Origin: an uncultured Methanoregulaceae archaeon
GTDB taxonomy: Archaea > Halobacteriota > Methanomicrobia > Methanomicrobiales > Methanospirillaceae
Reading direction: 5' to 3'
Assembly: GCA_963717525.1 (NCBI GenBank)
Contig: OY970343.1
Span: forward strand, 1,920,001-1,984,000
DNA: 64,000 bases
Shown: positions 1 through 9,915 of the stretch, piece by piece
Position numbering within the stretch: the first letter of the stretch is position 1
How the letters are laid out: each line of letters begins with the position of its first letter
The notes under the pieces: model-generated
The model's database searches: none
The model's input: the letters and a program-made list of their open reading frames with translations, nothing else
Told to the model about the DNA's origin: nothing
Translations under genes and position numbers: made by a program

Positions 1-82
1 TGCGGGATAGTTGCCGGTCTTTCTGACCAGAGTACAGATAACAAATCGAAAATTTTGATCTCGACGTCCAGAAGGGACGATC

Positions 83-1438
83 TCATGTCGCCCGGCGATC
101 GGTCAGCCTTCTCGGCCGGCCTCTTGCCGCATGCAGCTCAAGTCCGCCCGGCCGGACATACGAGAATTCAAGGAGAAGGGTCTGGCCGTTGATATGCGGG
201 CCAAGTGCACGCAGGCGCCGGGTGAAACACTCCATAAACCGGTCCTCAACCAGCCGGCGGTCAACTTTCTCAGGATCGGTGCATTCCATCGCGATCTGTA
301 TCGTGAGCCTGCCCGGCTCTTCCTCACCAGTGACAAATGCCTCGTATTCCCCGGTGAGGAACTCCATACTCTCGTGCTGGAAGACACCCGCCTCGATATC
401 CACCCGGTTCACCGGTGTACCAAAGATCCATACCGTCTCGGCCTCCCGCTGCGGATTTTTTATGCGCATATGCGTCCGGCCGCAGGCGCATCTCGAACGG
501 GACAGGACTGTGGTCGTGTCCTCGGTATCGTAGTTGAGGAGGAGCATCCCCGCCTTTGTCCCTTGTGGGAGCAGGGTCGTGAGAACCGCTCTTCCGGCAC
601 TGCCATCGGACACGAAATCCATCATCTGCGGGTCGTACATGTCGAGGTGAACAAGGTCCTCAGGGACATGGAGCCCGGAAACGGCCGTGCACTCCCCGCA
701 CATCGTCCCTTCGGTACTCCCGTACGTGTTGTACACCGGGCATCCCCACAGCTCCGCAAGATACGACCGGGACTCATCCGCAAAGCTCTCTCCCCCTGCC
801 ACCAGCCGGAGGATCGAGGTCTCTTTGGGATCGAGCCCTTCCGAGTCAAGCCGGCGGGCCAGCCTGATGAGTTTGAAGACGCTCCCCACGATCGATGTCG
901 GCCGGTAGGCCGTGATCACCCGTGAAGCAAAATTGCATTTCCCGAACGGGATGATGGTCATGCCGATCCGCCGGGCTGCAAGCGTCATCGTATTGGCACC
1001 CACGTTCATCCCGTACGAGGCGCAGACGACCACGCGATCTTCCGGCAAAAATCCCTGCGAAACGAAGCTGCGGGCGTATTTTTCCGCATAACGCCGCCAG
1101 TCATCCCATGTGAGAAAAAAACTTTTGGGGGTACCGCTGGTCCCGCTCGTCTCCTGAATGGTGAAGATTTCACCCCAGCCTGCGGAAAGGAACCCGAAGT
1201 CCTGCGTTACGGGAGGCTGGTGCTCGCGTATGGTACGGCCCGAGATCACGGGGAGATGAAGGAGGTCCTCATGTACCCGGATCTCGTTTGGATCGATACC
1301 GTTCTCCCGGAACCAGTGCCGGTAGAACGGTGAATGCTCCTCCGCATACTTCACCGTATACCGCACGCGCTCATCGATCAGGTTATCGAGGCTGCCCCGG
1401 TCCATTGTTTCTGTCGCAGCGTTATGGTACCCCGGCAT
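83..1438 (-). CDS. ftsA: coenzyme F390 synthetase / phenylacetate-CoA ligase family adenylate-forming enzyme
   Basis: 451-aa ORF with ETSGTSGTPK AMP-binding P-loop, YGSTE motif and C-terminal CACGR, as in the PaaK/FtsA family. Confidence 0.8.
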   Translation of the reverse strand: MPGYHNAATETMDRGSLDNLIDERVRYTVKYAEEHSPFYRHWFRENGIDPNEIRVHEDLLHLPVISGRTIREHQPPVTQDFGFLSAGWGEIFTIQETSGTSGTPKSFFLTWDDWRRYAEKYARSFVSQGFLPEDRVVVCASYGMNVGANTMTLAARRIGMTIIPFGKCNFASRVITAYRPTSIVGSVFKLIRLARRLDSEGLDPKETSILRLVAGGESFADESRSYLAELWGCPVYNTYGSTEGTMCGECTAVSGLHVPEDLVHLDMYDPQMMDFVSDGSAGRAVLTTLLPQGTKAGMLLLNYDTEDTTTVLSRSRCACGRTHMRIKNPQREAETVWIFGTPVNRVDIEAGVFQHESMEFLTGEYEAFVTGEEEPGRLTIQIAMECTDPEKVDRRLVEDRFMECFTRRLRALGPHINGQTLLLEFSYVRPGGLELHAARGRPRRLTDRRAT

Positions 1439-1633
1439 AGTGAGTAAGAGAGAATGGAGAAAAAGAGGGCTTATAGGTTACCGTTCTGGTGCACCGGTTC
1501 CGCTATGGATGCGTACGTCCCAAGAAAAGATGTTCCCCGGATCACGTGCCCGCGGAACAGAAAGGTATTCCTGAATTTGTCCCGGCATTCATATGTGTGT
1601 CAAAAAAGATCGTACCGTTTTTACGCAACCCTT

Positions 1634-2143
1634 TCAAGCCTGCGTCGCCATCACAGACGACGGCACCAGCCGGTCGAGCAGGAAAGACGGGATCTTCTGC
1701 GATGTCGCCACGGTCAGATCGAAGTTGTCCTTTGTGCCGGTCGAACCGAGATATTGCAGCGTGATCTGGAAATCGGCATTATAAATCGGTATTCCGAAGA
1801 TCGAGATCGTGGCGTGCCGAGGACTGATGAGCCGGGTCTGCCCCGTAGCCAGCTGCTCACGGTTGCCGTCCACATCGGTGATAACCGAACCGTTATACGC
1901 CATCACCGCAATCCGGCTGCTGCCGATCATGACCGCATTCCCATCCGGGAAGGAGACTGAATAATGCGTTTCGAACGGGAGCGACACTCCCGAGGTGTCG
2001 GTGGTGACAGTCATCGTGAAGGTCAGGACCGCCACAATGGCAAATACGATCAGAAGACCGGCAATGATACCCAGCAGGATCTTCCTGCTGCTCTTCATGC
2101 CGCCATCGCTACGGCCGGCGGGGTGGGAGGATCGGTCCGTCAT
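1634..2143 (-). CDS. hypothetical membrane-anchored protein
   Basis: One N-terminal TM helix (ILLGIIAGLLIVFAIVAVL) followed by a beta-rich domain; start uncertain (2143 or 2098). Confidence 0.65.
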   Translation of the reverse strand: MTDRSSHPAGRSDGGMKSSRKILLGIIAGLLIVFAIVAVLTFTMTVTTDTSGVSLPFETHYSVSFPDGNAVMIGSSRIAVMAYNGSVITDVDGNREQLATGQTRLISPRHATISIFGIPIYNADFQITLQYLGSTGTKDNFDLTVATSQKIPSFLLDRLVPSSVMATQA

Positions 2144-2323
2144 ACTATCATGTTCTCCGGCACGGGCGATAAATATGGAGGATATGAACCCTGATCCGGT
2201 CAGGAGCGAACAGGTCCCTGAGTCCCGGATCGTTCTCCACTTGTTATGAGTAAGCAAACGATTGATCCCGGATCTTTCCCATAAAATCCATTATCCCCCC
2301 CGTCCAATTGTACTAGGATTTTG

Positions 2324-3616
2324 ATGCGTATACCCATACAATCAGTCACGCCCGAAACCGGCCATGCCGAAGTCTGCGGATGGGTCCACGAAGTCAGGGA
2401 TCTCGGCGGGCTCGCATTCTTTTTGATCCGCGACCGGACCGGGATCATCCAGGTGACCATCCCGAAAAAGAAGGCATCCGAGGCGGTGCTTGCCGCTGCA
2501 AAGAAAGTGTCGCGGGAGTCTGTTGTGCGGATTGCCGGGACTATAAAGGCCATGGAAAAGGCACCGGGGGGCAGGGAACTCGTCCCGGACTCCTTTGAGA
2601 TCATAAGCCTTGCCGGGACACCCCTCCCGCTTGACGTCTCGGAGAAGGTCGGGGCGGAGCTCGATACCCGGCTTGACGCCCGGTTCCTTGACGTGCGCCG
2701 GCCCCGGGTCGCCGCGGTTTTCCAGATCCGCAGCGCCGCGATGCATGCAGCCCATAATTACTTCCACAAGGAGGGCTTCATCAGCATCACCACCCCCAAG
2801 ATTGTCGCCGCAGCGACCGAGGGCGGGACCGAACTTTTTCCCATCGCGTACTTCGACAAGGAGGCGTTCTTAAACCAGAGCCCGCAGCTTTACAAGCAGA
2901 TGATGATGGCAGGCGGCTTTGAGAAGGTCTGCGAGATCGGGCCGATCTTCCGTGCCGAGGAGCACAACACCACCAAACACCTCAATGAGGCAACGAGCAT
3001 CGATATCGAGGTCTCGTACGCGGATCACCATGAGGTCATGAAGATTCTCGAGGACCTGATCATCAAAATCTACGAGTACGTGAACCGGTCCTGCAGTGAC
3101 CAGCTCGCAAACCTCGAATGCACCGACTTTACTGTGCCCAAAGCCCCGTTCACCCGGCTGCCCTATCGTGAAGCGATCGAGATTGCGCAGAGAACGTGCA
3201 GCGAACCGATCAAGTACGGCGATGACATCTCCGCCGCGGCAGAACATGCAATCGGAAACGAGATGGGAAGCCACTACTTCATCACCGACTGGCCGACCGA
3301 GATACGGCCCTACTACGCGATGCCGTACGAGGACGACCCGTCCATCTGCAAGGCGTTCGATCTCATGCACCCGAGAATGGAGCTCGCGAGCGGCGCAGAG
3401 CGCGTCCACCAGTACGATCTGCTCGTGCAACAGATCAAAAAGAAGGGCCTGAACCCCGAGAGCTTCGAGTTCTACCTGCGCCCGTTCCGGTACGGGATGC
3501 CCCCTCACGCGGGATGGGGCCTGGGTGCCGAACGGCTGATCATGACCATGCTCGGGCTCTCAAACGTCCGTGAAGCGGTCCTCTTCCCGCGTGACATGCA
3601 CCGGCTTGTGCCATGA
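2324..3616 (+). CDS. aspS: aspartyl-tRNA synthetase, non-discriminating archaeal type
   Basis: [23 protein letters not shown] and [14 protein letters not shown] class II motifs; His and KAPGG Pro typical of ND-AspRS. Confidence 0.95.
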   Translation: MRIPIQSVTPETGHAEVCGWVHEVRDLGGLAFFLIRDRTGIIQVTIPKKKASEAVLAAAKKVSRESVVRIAGTIKAMEKAPGGRELVPDSFEIISLAGTPLPLDVSEKVGAELDTRLDARFLDVRRPRVAAVFQIRSAAMHAAHNYFHKEGFISITTPKIVAAATEGGTELFPIAYFDKEAFLNQSPQLYKQMMMAGGFEKVCEIGPIFRAEEHNTTKHLNEATSIDIEVSYADHHEVMKILEDLIIKIYEYVNRSCSDQLANLECTDFTVPKAPFTRLPYREAIEIAQRTCSEPIKYGDDISAAAEHAIGNEMGSHYFITDWPTEIRPYYAMPYEDDPSICKAFDLMHPRMELASGAERVHQYDLLVQQIKKKGLNPESFEFYLRPFRYGMPPHAGWGLGAERLIMTMLGLSNVREAVLFPRDMHRLVP

Positions 3617-4515
3617 AGACGTATTTCATCAACAAGGTCCTTGCTACAACGGTTGTCGGTAGTTACCCGGTGGTCAAAGGCACCGGAATCAAAGCAATTT
3701 TTGATCCCCTGAAGCCCGCGGTTGAGACTGCAGTTGCCGACCAGCTCGCCGCCGGTATCGACATCATCTCGGACGGGCAGGTCAGGGGGGACATGATCGG
3801 GGCGTTTCTGGCAAAGCTGCCCGGGATCAAGGGGCAGGACGTGATCGGAAAGATTCAGCCCGCTTCGGGGGCCATCACCGCAGCGGATACAAAATATGCC
3901 CGGTCCAAATCGTTGTACGTCAAGGGCATCATCACCGGGCCGTCCACGCTCGCCCACGGCCTCCATATCAGCACGCCGATGTACCGGAACAGGGAAGAGC
4001 TGGCCCTCGATCTTGCGGCGGCCCTTGCCGCCGAGGCCCGGTACCTCGAAGCGGCAGGCGCCACGCTCATCCAGATTGACGAGCCGATCTTCTCGACCGG
4101 GGTCGCCGATCTTGCCGTAGGAAAGCAGGCGGTCGAACTGATCGCGGGCGCAGTAAAAATCCCGACCTGCATGCATGTCTGCGGCGGGCTCGAAAACGTT
4201 ATTGACGATATTTTAAAGATCAACGTACAGGTGCTGGACTTCGAGTTCTCGAAGAACCCCGCGAACCTCGCCCTCTTTGGCTCCCGGGACCTCGCCGGCC
4301 GGATGATTGGTTACGGTTGCGTTGATTCAAGTGCAGAGGGGGTGGAGCCGGTTGCAGAGATCAAAAAGCGGATTGAGAAGGGAGTCGAGATCTTCGGGGC
4401 GAAATCCATGCTCGTGGACCCCGACTGCGGCCTGCGGATGCGGTCCCGGGAATCGGCCTTCTGGAAACTCAAGAACATGGCAGAGGCTGCCCGGGAAGTG
4501 CGGCTCGCGCTGTAA
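3613..4515 (+). CDS. metE: archaeal methionine synthase (methylcobalamin:homocysteine methyltransferase, MetE C-terminal type)
   Basis: TTVVGSYP, ISDGQ, IQIDEP, HVC and PDCGL zinc motifs; overlaps the aspS stop (ATGA). Confidence 0.88.
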   Translation: MKTYFINKVLATTVVGSYPVVKGTGIKAIFDPLKPAVETAVADQLAAGIDIISDGQVRGDMIGAFLAKLPGIKGQDVIGKIQPASGAITAADTKYARSKSLYVKGIITGPSTLAHGLHISTPMYRNREELALDLAAALAAEARYLEAAGATLIQIDEPIFSTGVADLAVGKQAVELIAGAVKIPTCMHVCGGLENVIDDILKINVQVLDFEFSKNPANLALFGSRDLAGRMIGYGCVDSSAEGVEPVAEIKKRIEKGVEIFGAKSMLVDPDCGLRMRSRESAFWKLKNMAEAAREVRLAL

Positions 4516-4834
4516 CTGCCGGGCCGGAGATTTTCCGGATCTTCAGCTCACATCCCGATCTTTTTTTGGAATCTTTAGATCATGATGCGATCTTTTTTCG
4601 AAATTCTCAGATACTGAGCGGGCGTTTTCCGGCAAACAACAACTGGTTGCGAAAAAAGACAACTGTATCCCGGGTGTTCCCCCTGGCGAGACGGGTGTGG
4701 CCATGCCACCTGCCGGGCGCGAGGGGGCGGAGGGGGAGTATGCTCGCTCAGTGGAGGATAACGGGCCCAGCACCGGGTCACTCGATCCTACGGCTCATAA
4801 CAACAGTCACAAAAAAGAAGAGATCCCCGGGAAC

Positions 4835-5455
4835 CTACACAACCCTTGACGTTGTTGACGCTTCGATCCCGCGATCCGTGATAATGAACGGAAGGAGGCG
4901 CTGGGGAGCGGCGGAATCCCGTATCTTGTGCACCGTAAGTGTCCTCTCGATCTCGTTCTGGTGGGTTTCAGTCTTGAGTTCAAGGACGATATCTGCCGCA
5001 CGCATGATCCGTGTCATCTCGACCGGGGTGTGGACGTTGGTATAGACAATGAACATCAGGTTCGCGCCACGTTCCCGCATCATCTCGCGTGCGTGTCGCA
5101 GGAACTTCAGCGCTGCATCAATCCCGTACTTTATGATAACGGTGGAAAGAGAATCGATAACGATCCTGCCACCGACCATCTGGGGGAGGTACATATCGGG
5201 GTGAAGCTCGGTCACGTCCTGCATGCCGGTCTCCACATCCCCGTCATTCATGAGGTAGGTGCCCTCTTCACCTTCCACTTTCCAGAACTGCATTGCCGCG
5301 AGATCTACGCCAGCCAGCGGCGTCCCGTACACCATGATGATAGAGCCTGGCGGAAATCCTCCATCGAGAAGAAGGTTGAGGCCCACAATACCGGTCGATC
5401 GCTTCTTTGGCTTACCGGTGATCGGGATATCAACGATCTCGCCTTTTGTATCCAC
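4835..5455 (-). CDS. RAD55/KaiC-like RecA-fold protein with degenerate Walker A
   Basis: STGIVGLNLLLDGGFP, Walker B IVIDS, R-x-L-x-V-x-K-x-R and ITDRGI; P-loop reads GTPLAGVD. Confidence 0.8.
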   Translation of the reverse strand: MDTKGEIVDIPITGKPKKRSTGIVGLNLLLDGGFPPGSIIMVYGTPLAGVDLAAMQFWKVEGEEGTYLMNDGDVETGMQDVTELHPDMYLPQMVGGRIVIDSLSTVIIKYGIDAALKFLRHAREMMRERGANLMFIVYTNVHTPVEMTRIMRAADIVLELKTETHQNEIERTLTVHKIRDSAAPQRLLPFIITDRGIEASTTSRVV

Positions 5456-5548
5456 GGCTGGATGCTCCGGCTAATATTATTAACAGGATATTTAAAAGGT
5501 TTCCGGAAATTCCGGCAGTTTGTCGCAAAATACCCGCTTAATCCTGAA

Positions 5549-7106
5549 TCAGGGGCCCATTGCGCCGAATTTTTCCCGCAGGGTGCGGCGCAGGAGTTTC
5601 CAGCCATGCACCCGGGGAAGATCGTTCACAATGATGAGTTTTCGCGGGACCTTGTAGCCTGCAAGGTGTATGCGGCAGAACGATTCAAACTCCTGCTCCG
5701 GGAGCACAGAGCCGGTTTTCAGGACGACCGCAGCCACCGGGGATTCGCCCCGGCGCTCGTCGGGGATCCCGAAGACTGCCACGTCTGCAACAGCCGGGTG
5801 CTGGACGATCACGTTCTCCACCTCGGTCGGGTAGATCTTCCAGCCCGACATGATGATCATGTCTTTTTTCCGGTCGGTGATGTAGAGAATGCCTTCAGCG
5901 TCAAGGTACCCGATATCCCCGGTCAAAAACCAGCCATCGTGCCGGAAGACCGCGGCGGTCGCTTCGGGCAGGTTCCAGTACCCTTTCGCAACCGATGGCC
6001 CCCGCAGCGCAATCTCCCCGGTCTCCCCGGGAGCCAGCTCTCTTTCCGGATCGTCTGCGTCCACGATCCTGACCTCCGTGTACCCGACCGCGACTCCCAC
6101 GCTCTGGTAGTTCCGGGTGAGTGCGGGATATTCGGGAAGGGTGGTCGTGCCCGATCCGATCACGATCGTCTCGGAAAGGCCGTATGAGTTTGCAACCGGG
6201 ATATGGAAACGCTTGTCGAATGCCTCCCAGACCGAAGGCAGCAACTGCCCCCCTCCCGAGATGATGACCCGGGCCGTGCGGAGATCGTTTTCTGTCCCCG
6301 GTTCGCTGTGGGTGAGCGTGTGGATGACCGGGGGCATACCGGCAAGGACCGTCACCTTGTACTGTTTGGCGAGCGCCAGATACCCATTAGGGTTGAAACG
6401 CTCCATCATTACAAAAGTCCCCCCGGCCCGCAGGACCGCAATCCCCCACGAAAGCCCGACATGCCCCATCGGATAAATCCCGAGATAGACATCGTTCGGG
6501 TCTGAGCCGGAGGGCCTCCCGCTCTGCATCGAGCGCGGTCATCCAGTTACCGTGGGAGAGCATCGCGCCCTTGGGTTTACCGGTTGTGCCGGCCGTGTAC
6601 TGGATGTGGCAGAGGTCGTCCATCGCGCAGTTTGCCGCCCGCATGGATCCCGGGGCCGGAGAGAATGATGACCACGCGATAGCGCCGCCGGTCACGGGCC
6701 TGGTCCCGGGATCAGCCACGCAGATGACCTGCGAAAGGTCGGGGGCCTTCTTTTGTACCTCGGCGACGATCCGGACACCCCGCGAATCCGTGATGATCGC
6801 GCATGCACCGGCATCGCTTACCGCATGCAACAGTTCCTCTTCCTGGTACACGATGTTTGTGGGAACCGCTACCGCACCGATCCGCCAGATCGCAAAGTAG
6901 CTGATCAGGTATTCGGGCGAACTGTCGAGAAAGATGCAGACACGGTCGCCTTTTTTTATGCCAAGACCGGACAGGCCGTGTCCGACACGGTTCATCTCCT
7001 CCCGGAGTTCTTTGTAGCTGTACGTCCTGTTCCGCGATGGGCAGACAAGTGCCGCTTTTGCCTCGGGTACACTTTTTGCGTCAAGGAGTGTTGTTACGTT
7101 GGACAT
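5549..7106 (-). CDS. long-chain acyl-CoA synthetase (AMP-binding), frameshifted near 6499
   Basis: ORF 6387-7106 (YTAGTTGKPKG) and ORF 5549-6529 (YGLSE, TGD, RKKDMII, KVPR) join if one C is removed from AGACCCGAAC. Confidence 0.85.
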
Positions 7107-7263
7107 AGCCGCGGAAATGATCTGATGATACGAATAAGACCTTGATGTATATAGGCGTTCATTTTATTGATCTTATCGGAGAGCGCGGACAACAATCGTT
7201 CCATGCGACCGCAATTTTGTAATAATTGTGCGCCAAACGTAATCGTAAGGGATACGTGCGGAC

Positions 7264-7815
7264 ATGGCGGATATTCGGAATTTTGTCGGTTTTGCCCAGA
7301 ACGAGACCCTGATCAAGGAGTATGACGGCCTGCGGATGTACTATCCGGTGAAGGCCAAGATCGGCCTTGCCGCGACCAACAAACGGTTCATTGCCTATTC
7401 CACGGTCAGGGGTTTCTTTGACGGAAGAACAGAATCGCTCTACCAGCAGGTCAACATCACAGACATCAGGGGCATCGGTGTTGTGCAGTCCAGGCGATAC
7501 CGTCCCGCAGCGATCGCCCTTGGAATTCTTCTCCTGCTTGCGGGAGTCCTCGTCGCCTTTGTCGGCCTGACCGGGGGAAAGATGCTCTTTGAAGCGGGCG
7601 GGATCGCGTGCATCATCGCCGGCATTATCCTGCTCCTTGCGGGATTCCTCTGGAGAAAGAACCTGTTCCGGTTCGAGATCTGGGGAAATGCCTGGGTTCT
7701 CTCTCTTGGCGAATTCGAAACTATCAGGCCGGCGATCATTGCCGGCCCGGACCTGCTCAAGGTTGTCGAGGAGCTGGGTGCTCTCATCATCGAGATCCAG
7801 GATGGCACCCTGTAA
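7264..7815 (+). CDS. hypothetical membrane protein (two central TM helices)
   Basis: 183-aa ATG ORF filling the intergenic space, with two hydrophobic segments. Confidence 0.7.
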   Translation: MADIRNFVGFAQNETLIKEYDGLRMYYPVKAKIGLAATNKRFIAYSTVRGFFDGRTESLYQQVNITDIRGIGVVQSRRYRPAAIALGILLLLAGVLVAFVGLTGGKMLFEAGGIACIIAGIILLLAGFLWRKNLFRFEIWGNAWVLSLGEFETIRPAIIAGPDLLKVVEELGALIIEIQDGTL

Positions 7816-7954
7816 CCCGGGAAATAAACAGGCCGGCTCCCATGGACATGCCATGACGCATATCTCCGGATCGCCCACAATCCGGCGCGCACGATCAGCG
7901 GGCCGGGAACAATAAGTTTTTTCTGTATCCTGACCCGTATGATAACTGATATCT

Positions 7955-8228
7955 ATGGATGAGGAGACGCATCAGGAACAACCACCCCGGCAGAACAACG
8001 ACCGGGGGACCTATCACCGTCACAGGCCGGACCGCCAACAACCCGCAGCCCCGCCCGGCGCAGGAGCAGCGGCCGCAGGAGCCGGCCGGTGAGAACCTCG
8101 ATGCGGCAGAGGATGAGGAAGAACATGCAGAGTCCAGGCGCCAGTCGCACGGGGCCGGCCACCACCGCGGCGGCAGGCCGGCAAAGAAAGTCTACGAAGA
8201 GTGGGCAAACGATCCCTACTGCGAATAA
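7955..8228 (+). CDS. small hydrophilic hypothetical protein, probably frameshifted near 8043
   Basis: ATG 7955 (MDEETHQEQPPRQ...DRQQ) joins the frame ending KKVYEEWANDPYCE if one C is removed from CAACCCGCAG; alternatively a single ORF 7959-8228. Confidence 0.5.
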
Positions 8229-8275
8229 CCGATAAAAAAATATTTTTTCGCAGGCGCATTCCTGATTTTTGCCGG

Positions 8276-8677
8276 TTACGGGAAATTCCGGAGCACTTTT
8301 TCCCGGATCGCTTCCTTGGGGTACGCCCCGATCACCCGGTCCACCATCTTCCCGTGCGAGAAGAAGACGATGTTTGGGATCGCTGAAATATTGAGCTGCA
8401 TCGCGAGCTGTTGGTTCTCGTCGGTGTTGCATTTCGCAAACGTAACCTTCCCGGCAAACTCCTGCGCAAGTTCCTCGATTGCAGGGCCGACCCTCCGGCA
8501 CGGCCCGCACCACTCGGCCCAGAAATCGATGACAAGTGCCGGATGCTTCTGGAGAATATCGCTGATGTGCAGCTGGTCGACCTGAATCACGCTACCTGTA
8601 GTACCCTGGTGCTCCATCTTCTCTTTGAGTTCCGCCATCCTTTTTTCGCGGATTTCGTTGAGCTCGTTATCGTCCAT
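8276..8677 (-). CDS. trxA: thioredoxin
   Basis: DFWAEWCGPC active site, cis-Pro motif AIP, N-terminal DDNELNEIREKRM extension. Confidence 0.93.
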   Translation of the reverse strand: MDDNELNEIREKRMAELKEKMEHQGTTGSVIQVDQLHISDILQKHPALVIDFWAEWCGPCRRVGPAIEELAQEFAGKVTFAKCNTDENQQLAMQLNISAIPNIVFFSHGKMVDRVIGAYPKEAIREKVLRNFP

Positions 8678-8790
8678 ACCGGTCAATAGTGCAACACTGA
8701 TAATTGAATCTAGCGAATGGGACAGGGCATTTGTCCCGTCAGTAAAGTATATCTGCGCCTGTCGTCTATATTATAACCCTGATTATAGGA

Positions 8791-8865
8791 AGCGAGGTAG
8801 GGTAGTCAGGATATCCCGACGGGCTCATAACCCGTAGATCGATGGTTCAAATCCATCCCTCGCTA
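8791..8865 (+). tRNA. tRNA-Met (CAT), initiator
   Basis: Cloverleaf AGCGAGG/CCTCGCT with A1:U72, anticodon stem ACGGG/CCCGT with three consecutive G:C pairs, CAT at 8826-8828, T-loop TTCAAAT. Confidence 0.96.
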
Positions 8866-9560
8866 CTTTTCTGTTTTTCCGGATTTTCTCTCCGTGCCAC
8901 GGTCACGATAAAAGTCCGGTTCCTGTAGACCACATCCACCTCCGAAAACCCGGCTTCGTGGAGCCACCTGAGCTGTACCGAGAGTTTCTCGTTCTTGTCC
9001 AGCATGTCCCGGCGCCGGAGGATCTCTGCATGCTCGGATGATGTAAGCGGCCCGCTTTTCAGGAATTCGTCCCAGTATTCCCGGTACCGTTCGGTAAAAT
9101 ACGGCGTCTCCCCTTCGGCCTGGTCGGCGTTGACAAACAGCCCGCCCGGAGAAAGAGCCTGGCACACCCGTTCGAAAAGCCGGTGCTTGTATTCCGGAAC
9201 GAGGTGATGAATTGAGAGGGCGGAGCAGACAAGATCGTAAGGACCGCCAAGATCCACCCGTGAATAATCCCCGGCCCGGAACCGGACATTTTCCCGGTTC
9301 CTGAACCGCTCCTGTGCGACCGCTAGCATCTTTTCCGAGATATCAAGAAGGGTGAGCGTCGCGGACGGATATTTTTCAAGAAGGAGGGCGCTCAACAGGC
9401 CGGTCCCTGCCCCGATATCAAGGATTGCCGGGGTAGCGGTCGGGGTCTCCGCCGCCCAGATCGCAGCCCCGTAGTAGTTCCGCATGTCGGGGATGATGTA
9501 CTCTCGCTGTGCATCGTATTCCGTGGCTACCTCGTCAAAAGCCTTCCTGATATGTTCCAT
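8847..9560 (-). CDS. class I SAM-dependent methyltransferase
   Basis: ILDIGAGTG motif I, YDLVCSALSIHH and LSPGG; real start taken as MEHIRKAF. Confidence 0.88.
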   Translation of the reverse strand: MEHIRKAFDEVATEYDAQREYIIPDMRNYYGAAIWAAETPTATPAILDIGAGTGLLSALLLEKYPSATLTLLDISEKMLAVAQERFRNRENVRFRAGDYSRVDLGGPYDLVCSALSIHHLVPEYKHRLFERVCQALSPGGLFVNADQAEGETPYFTERYREYWDEFLKSGPLTSSEHAEILRRRDMLDKNEKLSVQLRWLHEAGFSEVDVVYRNRTFIVTVARRENPEKQKSSEGWI

Positions 9561-9695
9561 ACAACACTCCCTTCTCGGCCGGGAAAAATTCCGGTGGTTC
9601 TGTAGTATTCCAAGTTGTCTGAGCCGGGACAAAAATATGAGTTTTTCTGAATGGAGGGGACAAAATGCTCTGGAGAACACCCGAAAGAGGATTAC

Positions 9696-9867
9696 AAAAC
9701 GCTTTTTTTGGGCAGCCGCCCCCGCCGCGTGGGCATCCCCCGGTTGCGATGATGCCGTATTACTAGCATGCAGATGTGCTCCAAGGAACGTTTCCGATGG
9801 AACAGGTAATACCGAGTCCATCGCATACGCCCCCGCCCCCTCGGGGGCAGGGCTGGCGTAAGGGGGG
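9696..9867 (+). repeat. structured intergenic repeat, copy A (longest)
   Basis: Shares GCCCCCGCCGC..GGCA.CCCC, TTGCGAT..CATCGCA, CCCCCTCGGGGG and GGCG.AAG motifs with 20007-20062, 55668-55794 and 61032-61060. Confidence 0.8.
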
Positions 9868-9915
9868 CTGCATTTAAAAAATGAGGCTTTCACCAGAAGA
9901 TGAAAAAGAAAAAGA

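Noticed and set aside
4560..4830. Possible SRP or RNase P RNA
   Set aside because: No SRP helix-8 GGAA motif or RNase P GAGGAAAGTCC signature found
8791..9900. Integrated element at tRNA-iMet
   Set aside because: No integrase and no duplicated tRNA 3' end seen in the window
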